64,000 bases of DNA from Candidatus Dormiibacterota bacterium (GCA_027313505.1 DAHVDN010000001.1:43366-107365); one strand, 5' to 3'; positions 10,387-19,938 are shown, counted from the first letter of the stretch. Notes: generated by a model from the letters alone, not told the origin. Made by a program: numbers and translations.

Positions 10387-11325
10387 ATGCGTCGGCTGCT
10401 CCCCGCGTTGGTCAGCGTGGGGATCCTGGTCCTGGTCGTGGTGGCCGTAAACCCTCATGACCTGGGGACCGCCCTTTCACATTTTCACCTTGTCTATCTA
10501 CCGGTTGTTCTCGGTCTGGCGATGGCCTACTACGTTCTCAAGGGATGGCAATGGCACCTCTTCATGAAGCCGCTCAAGCTGGATCACGGGGCGCTCGAGA
10601 CCATTTTGATCTACCTGGCGGGCCAGCCGACCTCAATTCTGCCGCTGGGCGAGCTGTCCAGAGCGTTCATCATGCGGCAGCACGCGAAGGTGAATCTGGG
10701 TGAGGTATCCGCAACCGTCGTGGTTCAAGAGGTTCTCTACCCAGTCGGATTGATTGCGGCCGCGGTGCCGGGATCCGGCAGGTTTCCCGGGGCTCAGGCG
10801 GCCGTGGTCACCGCTCTCATCGGCATTCTCGCCATCTCTCTGCTGCTGCTGTGGCCGGCCGCTTTCGCCAGGGTCATGAGCCTCGCCGTAAAGGTGCCGC
10901 TGGTTCGTCGCTTCGAGCCGGACCTCGTGGCGCTGCACCATGATGTGATCTTCATCGCGCGCCGACCGGCGACCCTCATACCGGCGGCTCTTGGGCCGGT
11001 TGCGGCGGTGGTGGCGATCTCGGTCTTCTACTTCACAGTCAGGAGTGTGGGGGTGGAGCTTGGGACCTATCAGGTGGCCTTCGTGTACGCGGTGGCCCAC
11101 CTCGCCGGCGGAATCAGCCTGCTGCCCGGTGGGATCGGCGCATATGAGGGGTCGATGACCTTCCTTCTTATCGCGTTCGGAGTACCGGCGCCGGTTGCCG
11201 CTGCCATCGCCCTCCTGAACCGGGCCTTTGATCGGCTGCTGGTGACCGTTGTCGGCACCGCGGTGTACTTCGCCATCCGCAGGCCGCTCGACCTGCGAGG
11301 CATCACCCTGGCGCCCGACCGATAG
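10387..11325 (+). CDS. Lysylphosphatidylglycerol-synthase TM / flippase-like membrane protein (UPF0104 family)
   Basis: Multiple TM helices, W-x-LF motif, LPLGELSRA, SLLPGGIGAYEG, ALLNRAF. Start taken as ATG 10387 (alternative 10351). Confidence 0.85.
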   Translation: MRRLLPALVSVGILVLVVVAVNPHDLGTALSHFHLVYLPVVLGLAMAYYVLKGWQWHLFMKPLKLDHGALETILIYLAGQPTSILPLGELSRAFIMRQHAKVNLGEVSATVVVQEVLYPVGLIAAAVPGSGRFPGAQAAVVTALIGILAISLLLLWPAAFARVMSLAVKVPLVRRFEPDLVALHHDVIFIARRPATLIPAALGPVAAVVAISVFYFTVRSVGVELGTYQVAFVYAVAHLAGGISLLPGGIGAYEGSMTFLLIAFGVPAPVAAAIALLNRAFDRLLVTVVGTAVYFAIRRPLDLRGITLAPDR

Positions 11326-11368
11326 CGGTAGGCTTGGAGGCCAGAACCGCAAGCCACGGAGGCAGGGT

Positions 11369-12481
11369 ATGAAGGCGATAGCGACCACGCCAGGGAAGCA
11401 GGGCAGCGTCCATCTGGCTGACATCTCGGAGCCCTCCGGAGCAGGGGACGTCCAGAGCAAGGAGGGCAACGAGTCGCCCGGCGTTTTGGTTGAAGTGGTT
11501 GAGGTCGGAGTGTGCGGCACCGACTTGGAGATCGCCAACCAGGGCTACGGCGAGTCGCCCGCCGGCCGAAGTGTCCTGGTCATGGGGCACGAGAATCTTG
11601 GTCGGGTGCTCAAGGTGCCACCTGGGAGTGGGCTCGAGGTCGGTCAGCTGGTCGTAGCGACCGTTCGCCGACCGTGTCCGGAGCGATGCCTTCCGTGTGC
11701 CAACGGCCAGAGCGACGACTGCCTGACAGGCCACTACACGGAGCGGGGGATCAAGGGCCGGGATGGGTATATGGCAGAGCAGTACCTGGAGTCGGAGGAC
11801 TACCTGATTCCCTTGGCCCCGAGGCTCTCCCGGGTTGGCGTCCTGATGGAACCCAGCTCAATAGTGGAAAAGGGGCTGATGCAGGCATACGGCATCCAGC
11901 GGCATCGCTTCCCTTGGGAGCCAAAGCGGGCTTTGGTCTGTGGCGCTGGGGCGATCGGGCTCCTGGCGGCGGTTTTTCTCCGTCTCCGCGATCTTGATGT
12001 CTACCTGGTGGCCAAGGCGGCTGCGGATTCTCGGTCTGCCCGGGTAGCCAGGGAAATCGGGGCGACCCTTCTGGACGCCGACAAGCATCCGGTGGGCGGC
12101 CTTGGCAAGGAGCTGGGCAACTTGGATCTGGTCTTCGAGGCAACTGGGGTCTCTGCGGTTGCGATGGCCGCGATCGCGTCGACGGGCCATGACGGAGTCT
12201 GCTGCCTAAGCTCGGTGACCGCCGGCTCCAGGACTGTGACCGTGGACGCCGATGCGCTCAATTTGGACATGGTTCTGGGCAACAAGCTGGTCTTCGGAAC
12301 CGTCAACGCCAACCGAACCCATTTCGAAGCGGCCGCCCGAATGCTCGGCGCTGCTATCCGACGTTGGCCCGGAGTTGTGGAGGAGCTGGTCAGCCGGCGC
12401 GTCCCCGCTGAGAGCTTTCAGGACGCCTTTGACCGCCGGCCCGACGACATCAAAACTGTCATCACATTTTCCGGAGGGTGA
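11369..12481 (+). CDS. Zn-dependent glucose 1-dehydrogenase-like MDR enzyme (archaeal GDH type)
   Basis: GVCGTDLEI, GHENLG, structural Zn site RRPCPERCLPC...C, ERGIKG, GAGAIG, VLGNKLVFGTVNAN; GGAGG before ATG 11369. Confidence 0.85.
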   Translation: MKAIATTPGKQGSVHLADISEPSGAGDVQSKEGNESPGVLVEVVEVGVCGTDLEIANQGYGESPAGRSVLVMGHENLGRVLKVPPGSGLEVGQLVVATVRRPCPERCLPCANGQSDDCLTGHYTERGIKGRDGYMAEQYLESEDYLIPLAPRLSRVGVLMEPSSIVEKGLMQAYGIQRHRFPWEPKRALVCGAGAIGLLAAVFLRLRDLDVYLVAKAAADSRSARVAREIGATLLDADKHPVGGLGKELGNLDLVFEATGVSAVAMAAIASTGHDGVCCLSSVTAGSRTVTVDADALNLDMVLGNKLVFGTVNANRTHFEAAARMLGAAIRRWPGVVEELVSRRVPAESFQDAFDRRPDDIKTVITFSGG

Positions 12482-12485
12482 GCTG

Positions 12486-13619
12486 ATGTTTCCCCAGTCT
12501 CGAGGGCGTTTCAGCCGTCAGGCACACTGCGACCTTCCAGAGGGGACGATTGAGGAGGAGTTCGCCCGCCAGGGCTTCTTCGGCCCCGCCTCCCACCTGT
12601 ACCACCTACATGCACCCACCGAGTGGCTACGAATCGAAGGGCCGCTCCGCCCGAGAGCCTACGACCTTCGTCAGGTGGCGGCTGCGGACGCCGACGATCG
12701 TCGCGCGCGGATGACCCCGGTGCTGGGAAACCAGGACGTGCGCATTCATGTTTCCCGGCGCAGGGAAGCGATGCCCTACTGCTATCGGAATGCCGACTCC
12801 GACCTCATCTATTTCGTTCACCGGGGCCAGGGCGAGATGCTCACCGACTTTGGGAGGATCGCCTACGAGCAGGGCGATTATCTGGTGCTGCCTCGCGGAA
12901 CCACTCACCGGCTCTTTCCTTCTCAGGGTGAGAGCTTCCTCCTCGTTATCGCGTCGGCCGAGATGCCGGAGCTTCCGCCGGCCGACCGGATGGGGCAGCA
13001 CTCCCCGTTCGACCGCGGGGTACTTCGGCTGCCTGAACTCCCGATGGTGCCGACCCCTCCGAATTCGTCTGGGGAGTGGGAGATGGTGATCGAGCGCGAA
13101 GGCGAGTGGACCAGGGTGTTCTATCCCTTCGACCCGCTGGACACTGTGGGATGGAAGGGAGACCTCAGCGCCTACGCGCTGAACGTTCGGGATATCAGGC
13201 CTGTGACCTCAGGGCGGTTCCACCTGCCCCCGTCGGTTCACACCACCCTGCGGACCTCCGGCTTCGTTCTCTGCACCTTCGCCCCACGCAGGGTGGAGGG
13301 GATTGACGACCCCGGGGCTGTCCGGCTTCCCTTCTACCATCGGAACATCGACTACGACGAGGTTCTTTTCTATCACGCCGGGACCTTCATGAGTCGGGCT
13401 GGAATCGACGCGGGAATGATGACCTGGCACGCCCAGGGGATCCACCACGGACCCCAGCCGAAGGCGATCGAAAGGGACCTGCAGGGGACCAAGACCCACC
13501 ACGATGAGGTGGCGGTGATGATCGACGCGCGACGGCCCCTGCATCCGGAGACAGCGGTTCTCCCCGCTGAAATAGTCGAGTACGCCGAGTCCTGGATGCC
13601 GCTCATGGAAGACGACTGA
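12486..13619 (+). CDS. hmgA: Homogentisate 1,2-dioxygenase (short bacterial type)
   Basis: GFFGPASHLYHLHAPT, YRNADSD, DTVGWKGD, HLPPSVHTT, Fe ligands PFYHRNIDYDEVLFYH and GIHHGP, EVAVMIDARRPL. Confidence 0.92.
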   Translation: MFPQSRGRFSRQAHCDLPEGTIEEEFARQGFFGPASHLYHLHAPTEWLRIEGPLRPRAYDLRQVAAADADDRRARMTPVLGNQDVRIHVSRRREAMPYCYRNADSDLIYFVHRGQGEMLTDFGRIAYEQGDYLVLPRGTTHRLFPSQGESFLLVIASAEMPELPPADRMGQHSPFDRGVLRLPELPMVPTPPNSSGEWEMVIEREGEWTRVFYPFDPLDTVGWKGDLSAYALNVRDIRPVTSGRFHLPPSVHTTLRTSGFVLCTFAPRRVEGIDDPGAVRLPFYHRNIDYDEVLFYHAGTFMSRAGIDAGMMTWHAQGIHHGPQPKAIERDLQGTKTHHDEVAVMIDARRPLHPETAVLPAEIVEYAESWMPLMEDD

Positions 13620-13627
13620 GGGTCGCT

Positions 13628-14665
13628 GTGCGTTTGGCCACCGTCGGATTGCGGGGCCCGGTGGGGGAGGTCACCAGGGTCGTGGCCGCCCATTCGGACG
13701 AGGCAAGGGGGGCGCCAAGTCTGATTGACGTCACCGCTGCCGGCGAGTTGTGGTGGTCCAAGGCGGGGTCCGGGGATGCCGCGCGGTGGGCCAGTGCCAC
13801 CTTTCCTCCCGACCTCACGGCTCTGCTTCGAGGAGGGTCGCGGGGCATGGAGATGCTGGCGGAGGCGGTAGGGCTGGCCGCGGCAGCTGAGCCGGGGGCG
13901 ACGAGTCCTTCAGGCGTTCCGCTGCGCTGGCCGGAGCACCTTGTGGAGCGCCGGCCGCTCCTCTCTCCTCCGATGCTGAGGGACTTTTACGCCTTTGAAC
14001 AGCACGTCGCAGCCGGCGCAGCCCGCCGGGGCGAGCCGATTCCTCCCGAGTGGTACCGTCGGCCGGTCTACTACAAGGGCAACCCCTCAACGATCTTGCC
14101 CCCCGGGGAGATCGTTCCCTGGCCCGCCTACAGTGACGCTCTCGATTATGAGTTGGAGTTCGCATGTGTCCTGCTGTCCGGTGGTAGAGATCTCGACGAG
14201 GGTTCCGCCTTCGAGGCCATCGCCGGATACACCATCTTCTGTGACTTCTCTGCCCGGGACATTCAACGCGCGGAGATGCAGGTCCGCTTGGGGCCGGCCA
14301 AGTCCAAGGACTTCGCGAGTGGCCTTGGGCCGTGGCTGGTGACCGCGGACGAGGTACCCGACCCGGATGAGCTGATCGCCGTCGCCTACCTCAACGGGCT
14401 GGAGGTCGCCAGGGGTCGGCTCGGGGATGCCCGCTGGACGTTCCCGGAGATGATCTCCTACGCCTCCGGCGCCGAGCCCTTGGCGGCCGGTGAGGTGGTG
14501 GCGAGTGGGACGGTGGGCGGGGGCAGTGGACAGGAGGTGGGCCGGCTCTTGGAGCCTGGCGACCGCATCGACTGTGAGCTGGTGGGCTTTGGGACCCTGA
14601 GCCACTCGGTGGGTGCTCGCCACGATGGTGGCGGGGGGCTGATCACGAGGGCGGATCCGGGCTGA
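13628..14665 (+). CDS. fahA: Fumarylacetoacetate hydrolase family protein
   Basis: RDFYAFEQH, PVYYKGNP, LDYELEFA, DFSARDIQ, KSKDFASGLGPWLVT; directly follows hmgA. Confidence 0.9.
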   Translation: MRLATVGLRGPVGEVTRVVAAHSDEARGAPSLIDVTAAGELWWSKAGSGDAARWASATFPPDLTALLRGGSRGMEMLAEAVGLAAAAEPGATSPSGVPLRWPEHLVERRPLLSPPMLRDFYAFEQHVAAGAARRGEPIPPEWYRRPVYYKGNPSTILPPGEIVPWPAYSDALDYELEFACVLLSGGRDLDEGSAFEAIAGYTIFCDFSARDIQRAEMQVRLGPAKSKDFASGLGPWLVTADEVPDPDELIAVAYLNGLEVARGRLGDARWTFPEMISYASGAEPLAAGEVVASGTVGGGSGQEVGRLLEPGDRIDCELVGFGTLSHSVGARHDGGGGLITRADPG

Positions 14666-14740
14666 GCGCTGCCAGGGGATACAATCAGGGTTCGGGTCGG
14701 TCACCCGAACGGTGCGGAACATAGAAGTGGAGGTTGGCAG

Positions 14741-15037
14741 TTGGCGCGACGTTCCATGGGTCGCCGCCCCCGGAGGGGCCCCGCGCGCCCCCGCGTCTCC
14801 CGTGTTGCTCCCCCAGAGGAGCAGAAGGAGGAGACGATCGAGCTTGAGGGGACTGTGGTTGAGCCGTTGCCCAACGCGGTCTTTCGAGTTGAGCTTCAAA
14901 CCGGTCAGACGGTCTTGGCCTACATCTCAGGCAAAATGCGCAAGCATTACATCAGGACCCTCATCGGGGACAAGGTTAAGGTCGAGCTGAGTCCCTACGA
15001 CCTGACCCGTGGGCGGATCACCTTCCGCTACAAATAG
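14741..15037 (+). CDS. infA: Translation initiation factor IF-1 with an Arg-rich N-terminal extension
   Basis: IF-1 core [20 protein letters not shown]...[14 protein letters not shown]...[28 protein letters not shown] 7 nt before TTG; TACAAT -10 at 14679-14684. Confidence 0.95.
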   Translation: MARRSMGRRPRRGPARPRVSRVAPPEEQKEETIELEGTVVEPLPNAVFRVELQTGQTVLAYISGKMRKHYIRTLIGDKVKVELSPYDLTRGRITFRYK

Positions 15038-15079
15038 CAGAGGCTCCCAGGGGGGCGATTCCCGCAACCCCCTTCCGGG

Positions 15080-15661
15080 TTAGCTTGGGTCGGTAGTCTC
15101 GGTTCCTGGACCAGGTTCGCCCGTGCCGCGTGCGGATGCCACCCGGCCCATCAACCCGGCAGTCCGAGTCGCTTTGCCTTGGAGCGCAGCGCGGCTGCGG
15201 CGCGCCTGGATCTCGGCCAACTTTCGCCGCTCGCGGTCGGCCGACACCCCTTGGCGATCCTCCGGGCGGCGGGTGTCCCAGTGGCGGACGTAGAACGCCG
15301 CCTTCAGGGAGGTGTAGGGGATGGCGAGGATGCGATGGTCCTCGCGACCGGCCTCAACGACGTCCCATACCGCTCCGAAACGCTGCAGAGCTGCGGGTGC
15401 AACCACATGCGCCCGGAATACCTGACCGTCCAGGAAGTGGAGCGCGACGCGGGGCATCTCCTTGATGTCCTGACCCTCCTCCAGCAGGGGGACCGAGTTG
15501 GCGTCGATCTGGCGCACCGCGCTCACTGGAACCAGCGCCTGGCGAGTGTTTCCGTCAAGGGTGTGAAGCTCCACTTCCAAGAAGGGGTCATCCATGTGCA
15601 GCACCGGAACCTCCCCGTACAGGGTCTCCCCGTCCAGGAAGGAGATGATCACCTCCGGCAT
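15080..15661 (-). CDS. Hypothetical protein with two tandem small beta-rich repeats
   Basis: ATG 15661 (MPEVIISFLDGE); internal repeat VIISFLDGETLYG / VALHFLDGQVFRA and LVPVSAVRQI / AIPYTSLKAA. Confidence 0.75.
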   Translation of the reverse strand: MPEVIISFLDGETLYGEVPVLHMDDPFLEVELHTLDGNTRQALVPVSAVRQIDANSVPLLEEGQDIKEMPRVALHFLDGQVFRAHVVAPAALQRFGAVWDVVEAGREDHRILAIPYTSLKAAFYVRHWDTRRPEDRQGVSADRERRKLAEIQARRSRAALQGKATRTAGLMGRVASARGTGEPGPGTETTDPS

Positions 15662-15905
15662 GCAGCACCCCTGGGCAATCCGATCTCCATCTGCCAGCTT
15701 CTCCCACCCGTCATCGGACCGTTTGGCCAGCGTAACTTCATCGCTACCTCCTGGCTCCCCTGACCGCACGCGGGCAGGCTACGGTGGGGACATCATAGGG
15801 CGGGTGCCGACAAACGTTCTTGAGGCTGGCCCTCCACCAAGGGCCCGAGACACCAGGTTAGGCCGTGCACCCGGTAGCGCCACCGGAGGCATCTCGTAAC
15901 CGCAG

Positions 15906-18023
15906 TTGGCATCACCGCCTGAGTCCAGACGCCGGCCGCGCCGGCCGTCGTTCACCTTCCAATTTGCCGTGATCCTCATCGTGGTGGGGATCGCGACCGC
16001 AGTCGCTGCTGCTGCGGTCGCCTGGTATGAGACCCAGAACGCGGGAGCGCAGCAGCAGCTGGAGGCTGCCAGTGGTTCTGCCCGGCTCGGCTTCAGTCTG
16101 GTGCGATTGGAGTCGGCGACGGTCAGCTCGGGCCTGGCCTGCCAGCTCGGGGCGCTTCCTCAGACCACCGCGTCGTTTGAGCAGGGAGTGTCCGCGCTGG
16201 GCCATCAGGCGGCTCTCGACGCCACCTCGACCCGAGCCCACGTGGTCGCGTATCTGGGACCGTCGGCGGAGGTGCTCGCCGGCTCCACCGGTGGTGCGCC
16301 ACTGGCCTCACTGAGAGCCACGGCGACGGCGGCAATTGGGGGTGGTTTCCTCTGCGGGTCTGGTGGAGCCTTTCTTGCCTGGGGTTCAGGGATATACGGG
16401 GTCGCAATCTCCAAGGTGGCGGCTGGTGGCAAGGTCCTTGGCTATGTGCTGGTTCTGACGCCGGTGAGTGCCGACACTCTGCGTTTCGCTGGTCAACTGC
16501 TCTCGTCCGGCGGCACCCCCACCCAGCTCCTGCTGGTGTCGGCCGGGCGATACGTTTTCGGCGGCACCGCTGGTGGCAGTACCCAACGAGCCGGCAGCGT
16601 GGCGTCCAGCACGGTTCTGACGGCAATCGCCGGGCCCAAGGCGGTGGGAGCCATCTCCGCTGGCGGCCGGCGGTTCACGGCCGCGGGTCAGCTCCTGCGG
16701 GGGAGCCAGGGCCGCCAGGTGGCGACTCTGGTGGTGGTCCAATCGACGACCGCGGTGGCTCCCACCGCCAGCCAGCTGGCGGTGCCGGTCGCCTTGGCGG
16801 TGGCGTCGGTCCTGCTGGTGGGGATGATGCTGGTCTTCGTTCTCGCAGAACGCTACCTGAATCGCCCGTTGCGGCGTCTCAACGAAGCGGTGCAGCGCCT
16901 TGGCCAGGATGTTTACGCAACCCCGGTACAGATCGACGGCGCTGAGGAGGTCACCAGACTCGCGGCAAACTTTGAAATCATGCGACGCCAGCTACGTCAC
17001 CAGCTGATGCTGGCGCTGGGGCGGAGCGTCATCGCGTCCACACTGACGGGAAATGTGGCGCTTGAACAGGCCCTGAGCCAGGTCCTGAAGAGCCTGTGCC
17101 CTTTGCTGCACACCGAGATCGCCATGGTCCTGCTCCGAGCCCAGGACCCTGCAGGCCCGAACTTCCTCATCACCTTCGGCGTGGCGGAGCCGGATCTGGA
17201 GTGGTCGGAGCTCGAGCAGAGCGAAGGAATATTAGGGAGACTCCTGCGCGAACCCAGGTTTGTGGCCCGATCTCTCCTCAACAGCTCCGAGCGCGGACCA
17301 CTGGAACAGCGCATCGGATTGCGCGACTGTCTGGCGGAGCCGTTGGAGGTCGAGGGCAGGAACATCGGGGTACTGATCGTCGCCAACAAGCGAGCTCCGT
17401 ATGTGGAGGAGGACACTGCGATCTGTCGCGCCGTGGCTGGCCAGATGGTGACCGCGGTGAACAAGAGCGTGCAGTTGGTGGTGACTCGGCGTGAGGCAAC
17501 CACCGACGCCATGACCGGCCTTTACAACTATCGCTTCTTGGTCGGCTACCTGGATCAACAGGTCAATGTTGCGGAGCGCGCCAGTGCGAGCTTGTCGGTG
17601 TTGATGCTGGACCTCGACCACTTCAAGTCGGTGAATGACAGCTTCGGCCATCCAACCGGGGATAAGGTGCTGCGGGCGGTGGCGGCGATGGTGCTCGACA
17701 CAATCCGCAAGTCGGACCTGGCCGCTCGCTATGGAGGCGAGGAGTTCGTGGTGGTGATGGCCAACACCGGTCGCGAGGAGGCCCACCTGGTGGCGGAGAA
17801 GATCCGCCAGGCGGTCGCCACCATGGAGGTCCCGTGCGAGGACGGGAACGTAGTTCAGATCACGGTCAGCATCGGCGGTGTCAGCTTTCCCGAGGGAACC
17901 CGTGGAGCGCGCAATCTTCTGGATCTGGCGGATCGCGCGCTCTACCACGCCAAGCGCGCCGGTCGCGACCGGGTGGAGTTCCTGGACGCCGCCGTCACCC
18001 ACGAGAGCACTCCTGGCGGCTGA
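15906..18023 (+). CDS. Membrane diguanylate cyclase (TM, extracellular sensor, TM, HAMP, GAF, GGDEF)
   Basis: Two TM segments, HAMP RPLRRLNEAVQRL...EEVTRLA, DAMTGLYN, LDLDHFKSVNDSFGH, I-site RKSD, active site GGEEF, ALYHAKRAGR. Confidence 0.95.
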   Translation: MASPPESRRRPRRPSFTFQFAVILIVVGIATAVAAAAVAWYETQNAGAQQQLEAASGSARLGFSLVRLESATVSSGLACQLGALPQTTASFEQGVSALGHQAALDATSTRAHVVAYLGPSAEVLAGSTGGAPLASLRATATAAIGGGFLCGSGGAFLAWGSGIYGVAISKVAAGGKVLGYVLVLTPVSADTLRFAGQLLSSGGTPTQLLLVSAGRYVFGGTAGGSTQRAGSVASSTVLTAIAGPKAVGAISAGGRRFTAAGQLLRGSQGRQVATLVVVQSTTAVAPTASQLAVPVALAVASVLLVGMMLVFVLAERYLNRPLRRLNEAVQRLGQDVYATPVQIDGAEEVTRLAANFEIMRRQLRHQLMLALGRSVIASTLTGNVALEQALSQVLKSLCPLLHTEIAMVLLRAQDPAGPNFLITFGVAEPDLEWSELEQSEGILGRLLREPRFVARSLLNSSERGPLEQRIGLRDCLAEPLEVEGRNIGVLIVANKRAPYVEEDTAICRAVAGQMVTAVNKSVQLVVTRREATTDAMTGLYNYRFLVGYLDQQVNVAERASASLSVLMLDLDHFKSVNDSFGHPTGDKVLRAVAAMVLDTIRKSDLAARYGGEEFVVVMANTGREEAHLVAEKIRQAVATMEVPCEDGNVVQITVSIGGVSFPEGTRGARNLLDLADRALYHAKRAGRDRVEFLDAAVTHESTPGG

Positions 18024-18047
18024 GGTCGGCGCACGCGAACCGATAGC

Positions 18048-19097
18048 ATGGTTGCGGTAGTGGAAAAGATCATCGACCTGCGTAGCGACACCGTGACCCG
18101 TCCCTCCGCCGGTATGCGCCAGGCGATGGCGGCGGCCGAAGTTGGAGATGATGTCTTCGGCGAGGATCCAACCGTCCGTGCGTTGGAGGAGGCCATCGCC
18201 AACTTGTTGGGCAAGGAGAGCGCGCTCCTCTGTCCCAGTGGGACCATGTCCAACCTGATCGCCATCGCCGCTCTAACCGAACGGGGCGACGAGGTCTTGG
18301 TCGACGCTGAGGCACACATCCTGCATTACGAACTGGCCGGGAGTGCGGTCGTGGCAGGGGTTCAACTGCGTAACTTCGACGCCCCCAACGCCGGATGCCC
18401 GTCGCCATCTCAGCTTGACTCCCTGCGGCGCTTGGCAGACCCGACTCACGAACCAGCCTGCACCCTGCTCTGTCTGGAGCAGACCCACAACCGTCGCGGT
18501 GGGAGTGTCGCGCCATTAGTCGATCTGAAGGCCGCCCTGCACCATGCTCACTCCATGGGGCTCATGGTGCACCTTGATGGGGCTCGGCTGGCCAACGCGG
18601 CTGCCTATCTGGAGCTCGGGCTCAGTGAGCTTGCGGGTTGCGCGGACACTGTCAACTTTTCCCTGTCCAAGGGCTTGGGCTGTCCCGCCGGGTCGGTCTG
18701 GGTCGGCCCCAGCAGCGTGCGCCAGCGGGCCCACATTTGGCGCAAACGATTGGGGGGTGGGATGCGCCAGGTGGGTGTCCTTGCAGCCGCCGGTCTCTGG
18801 GCGTTGGAGCACCAATTGCCCCACCTTAATGAGGACCATGAAAAGGCGCGGCGGTTGGCTGATGGCCTGGCCGAGATCCCTGGGTTCTCTGTTGACCCCG
18901 CCACCATTCAGACCAACATTGTTCTCATGGAGACGGAGTCACCTGCCGACTTCGTCCTCGCCGCCGCCGAGTCGGTGGGGGTGAAGATGGTGGCGTTCGG
19001 GCGGCACACGGTGCGTGCCGTGACCCATCTGGACGTCACCGCAGAGGAGATGGACGAAGCAGTCGCCAGACTGCGCGGCGTAGTACCTGGGAAATAG
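18048..19097 (+). CDS. ltaE: Low-specificity L-threonine aldolase
   Basis: IDLRSDTVTRP, VGDDVFGEDPTV, SGTMSN, HLDGARL, PLP-Lys SLSKGLG, RKRLGGGMRQ. Confidence 0.95.
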   Translation: MVAVVEKIIDLRSDTVTRPSAGMRQAMAAAEVGDDVFGEDPTVRALEEAIANLLGKESALLCPSGTMSNLIAIAALTERGDEVLVDAEAHILHYELAGSAVVAGVQLRNFDAPNAGCPSPSQLDSLRRLADPTHEPACTLLCLEQTHNRRGGSVAPLVDLKAALHHAHSMGLMVHLDGARLANAAAYLELGLSELAGCADTVNFSLSKGLGCPAGSVWVGPSSVRQRAHIWRKRLGGGMRQVGVLAAAGLWALEHQLPHLNEDHEKARRLADGLAEIPGFSVDPATIQTNIVLMETESPADFVLAAAESVGVKMVAFGRHTVRAVTHLDVTAEEMDEAVARLRGVVPGK

Positions 19098-19099
19098 AA

Positions 19100-19128
19100 G
19101 AGGGAGCGGACACACGGCCCGCTCCCTC
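19100..19128. terminator. Hairpin between convergent ltaE and the basic-protein gene (probable bidirectional terminator)
   Basis: Perfect 10-bp stem GAGGGAGCGG / CCGCTCCCTC, 2 nt after the ltaE stop; no long U tail. Confidence 0.6.
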
Positions 19129-19149
19129 ATTAGCGCCTAACCTTGTCGC

Positions 19150-19938
19150 TCAGGAGTCAGAGGACGCTCCAGCCAGAGTGATTCGACCGCGACGCCGGGC
19201 AGCGGGGCGCGCCACTGGCTGCGGTGTCTCCCGTCGGACGCGGGGGGCCGCGGTGCGCTTGGCTGCGGGCCGTGAGGCTGTGGTTCGCGAGCTTCTCGGA
19301 GCGGCAGTTGCGGTCCGCCGACTGCGCGTCGCCGTCCCGGCGCTGGCGGCGCCTGACCGCCGCGCCGGTGCAGCGGATCCCGTCCTCCTGCGTGAGCTCG
19401 CGGCCGGGCTGCTCGAAGTTCGGCGCCTCGCGATTGGAGCCGCTGCGGCCACGGTGCGCGTGGCTGAGGTGGTGCGTCGTCGTGTCGCTGGGGAAGCAGC
19501 CGTGGTGCTCCGCCTCACCGTGGGTCGTGTTGAGGTGGTACGGCGGGTGCTGGCCGCCGCTGGGCTGGTGCGTCGACGCGCTGGGGCTGCACCGCTGGAT
19601 GGCCTTCGTGCAGCGCTGCGGGGCGCGGCGGTCCGTCGTACGGGCGCCCGCCGGACGCTGGTTGTAACGGTGGACGCGCTGCGGGTCATCGCGTGATCCA
19701 GTTTGCGCTCCAACTCCGCAAGCCGCTTCTCCAGGGCCTTCAACTGGGTGGCAAGACTCCTGTTCAGAGCGGCTGGCGTCACGCGACTGATCGGAGTCCT
19801 GGTGGTGCGACGCGCCGCAGTGCGACGGGGCGTCGCGGCCTTGGCAGATGTCCGGCGCGCTGTCGGCCGAGCGGTGGTGCGACTGGGCGTGCGCGCAGTT
19901 GTGCGCCTGGCGCCAGTCCTTCTGGTCGTGCGGGGCAT
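19150..19938 (-). CDS. Arg/Thr/Ala/Ser-rich, histone-H1/protamine-like basic protein with a short coiled coil
   Basis: 262-codon ORF with AGGAGG 6 nt before ATG; repeated RRT/RRS motifs; heptad LATQLKALEKRLAELERKLD; ends at a terminator hairpin. Confidence 0.8.
   Translation of the reverse strand: MPRTTRRTGARRTTARTPSRTTARPTARRTSAKAATPRRTAARRTTRTPISRVTPAALNRSLATQLKALEKRLAELERKLDHAMTRSASTVTTSVRRAPVRRTAAPRSAARRPSSGAAPARRRTSPAAASTRRTTSTRPTVRRSTTAASPATRRRTTSATRTVAAAAPIARRRTSSSPAASSRRRTGSAAPARRSGAASAGTATRSRRTATAAPRSSRTTASRPAAKRTAAPRVRRETPQPVARPAARRRGRITLAGASSDS

Noticed and set aside
15045..15080. G/C-rich inverted repeat after infA as a terminator
   Set aside because: The stem is imperfect and has no U tract; plausible but not supportable.
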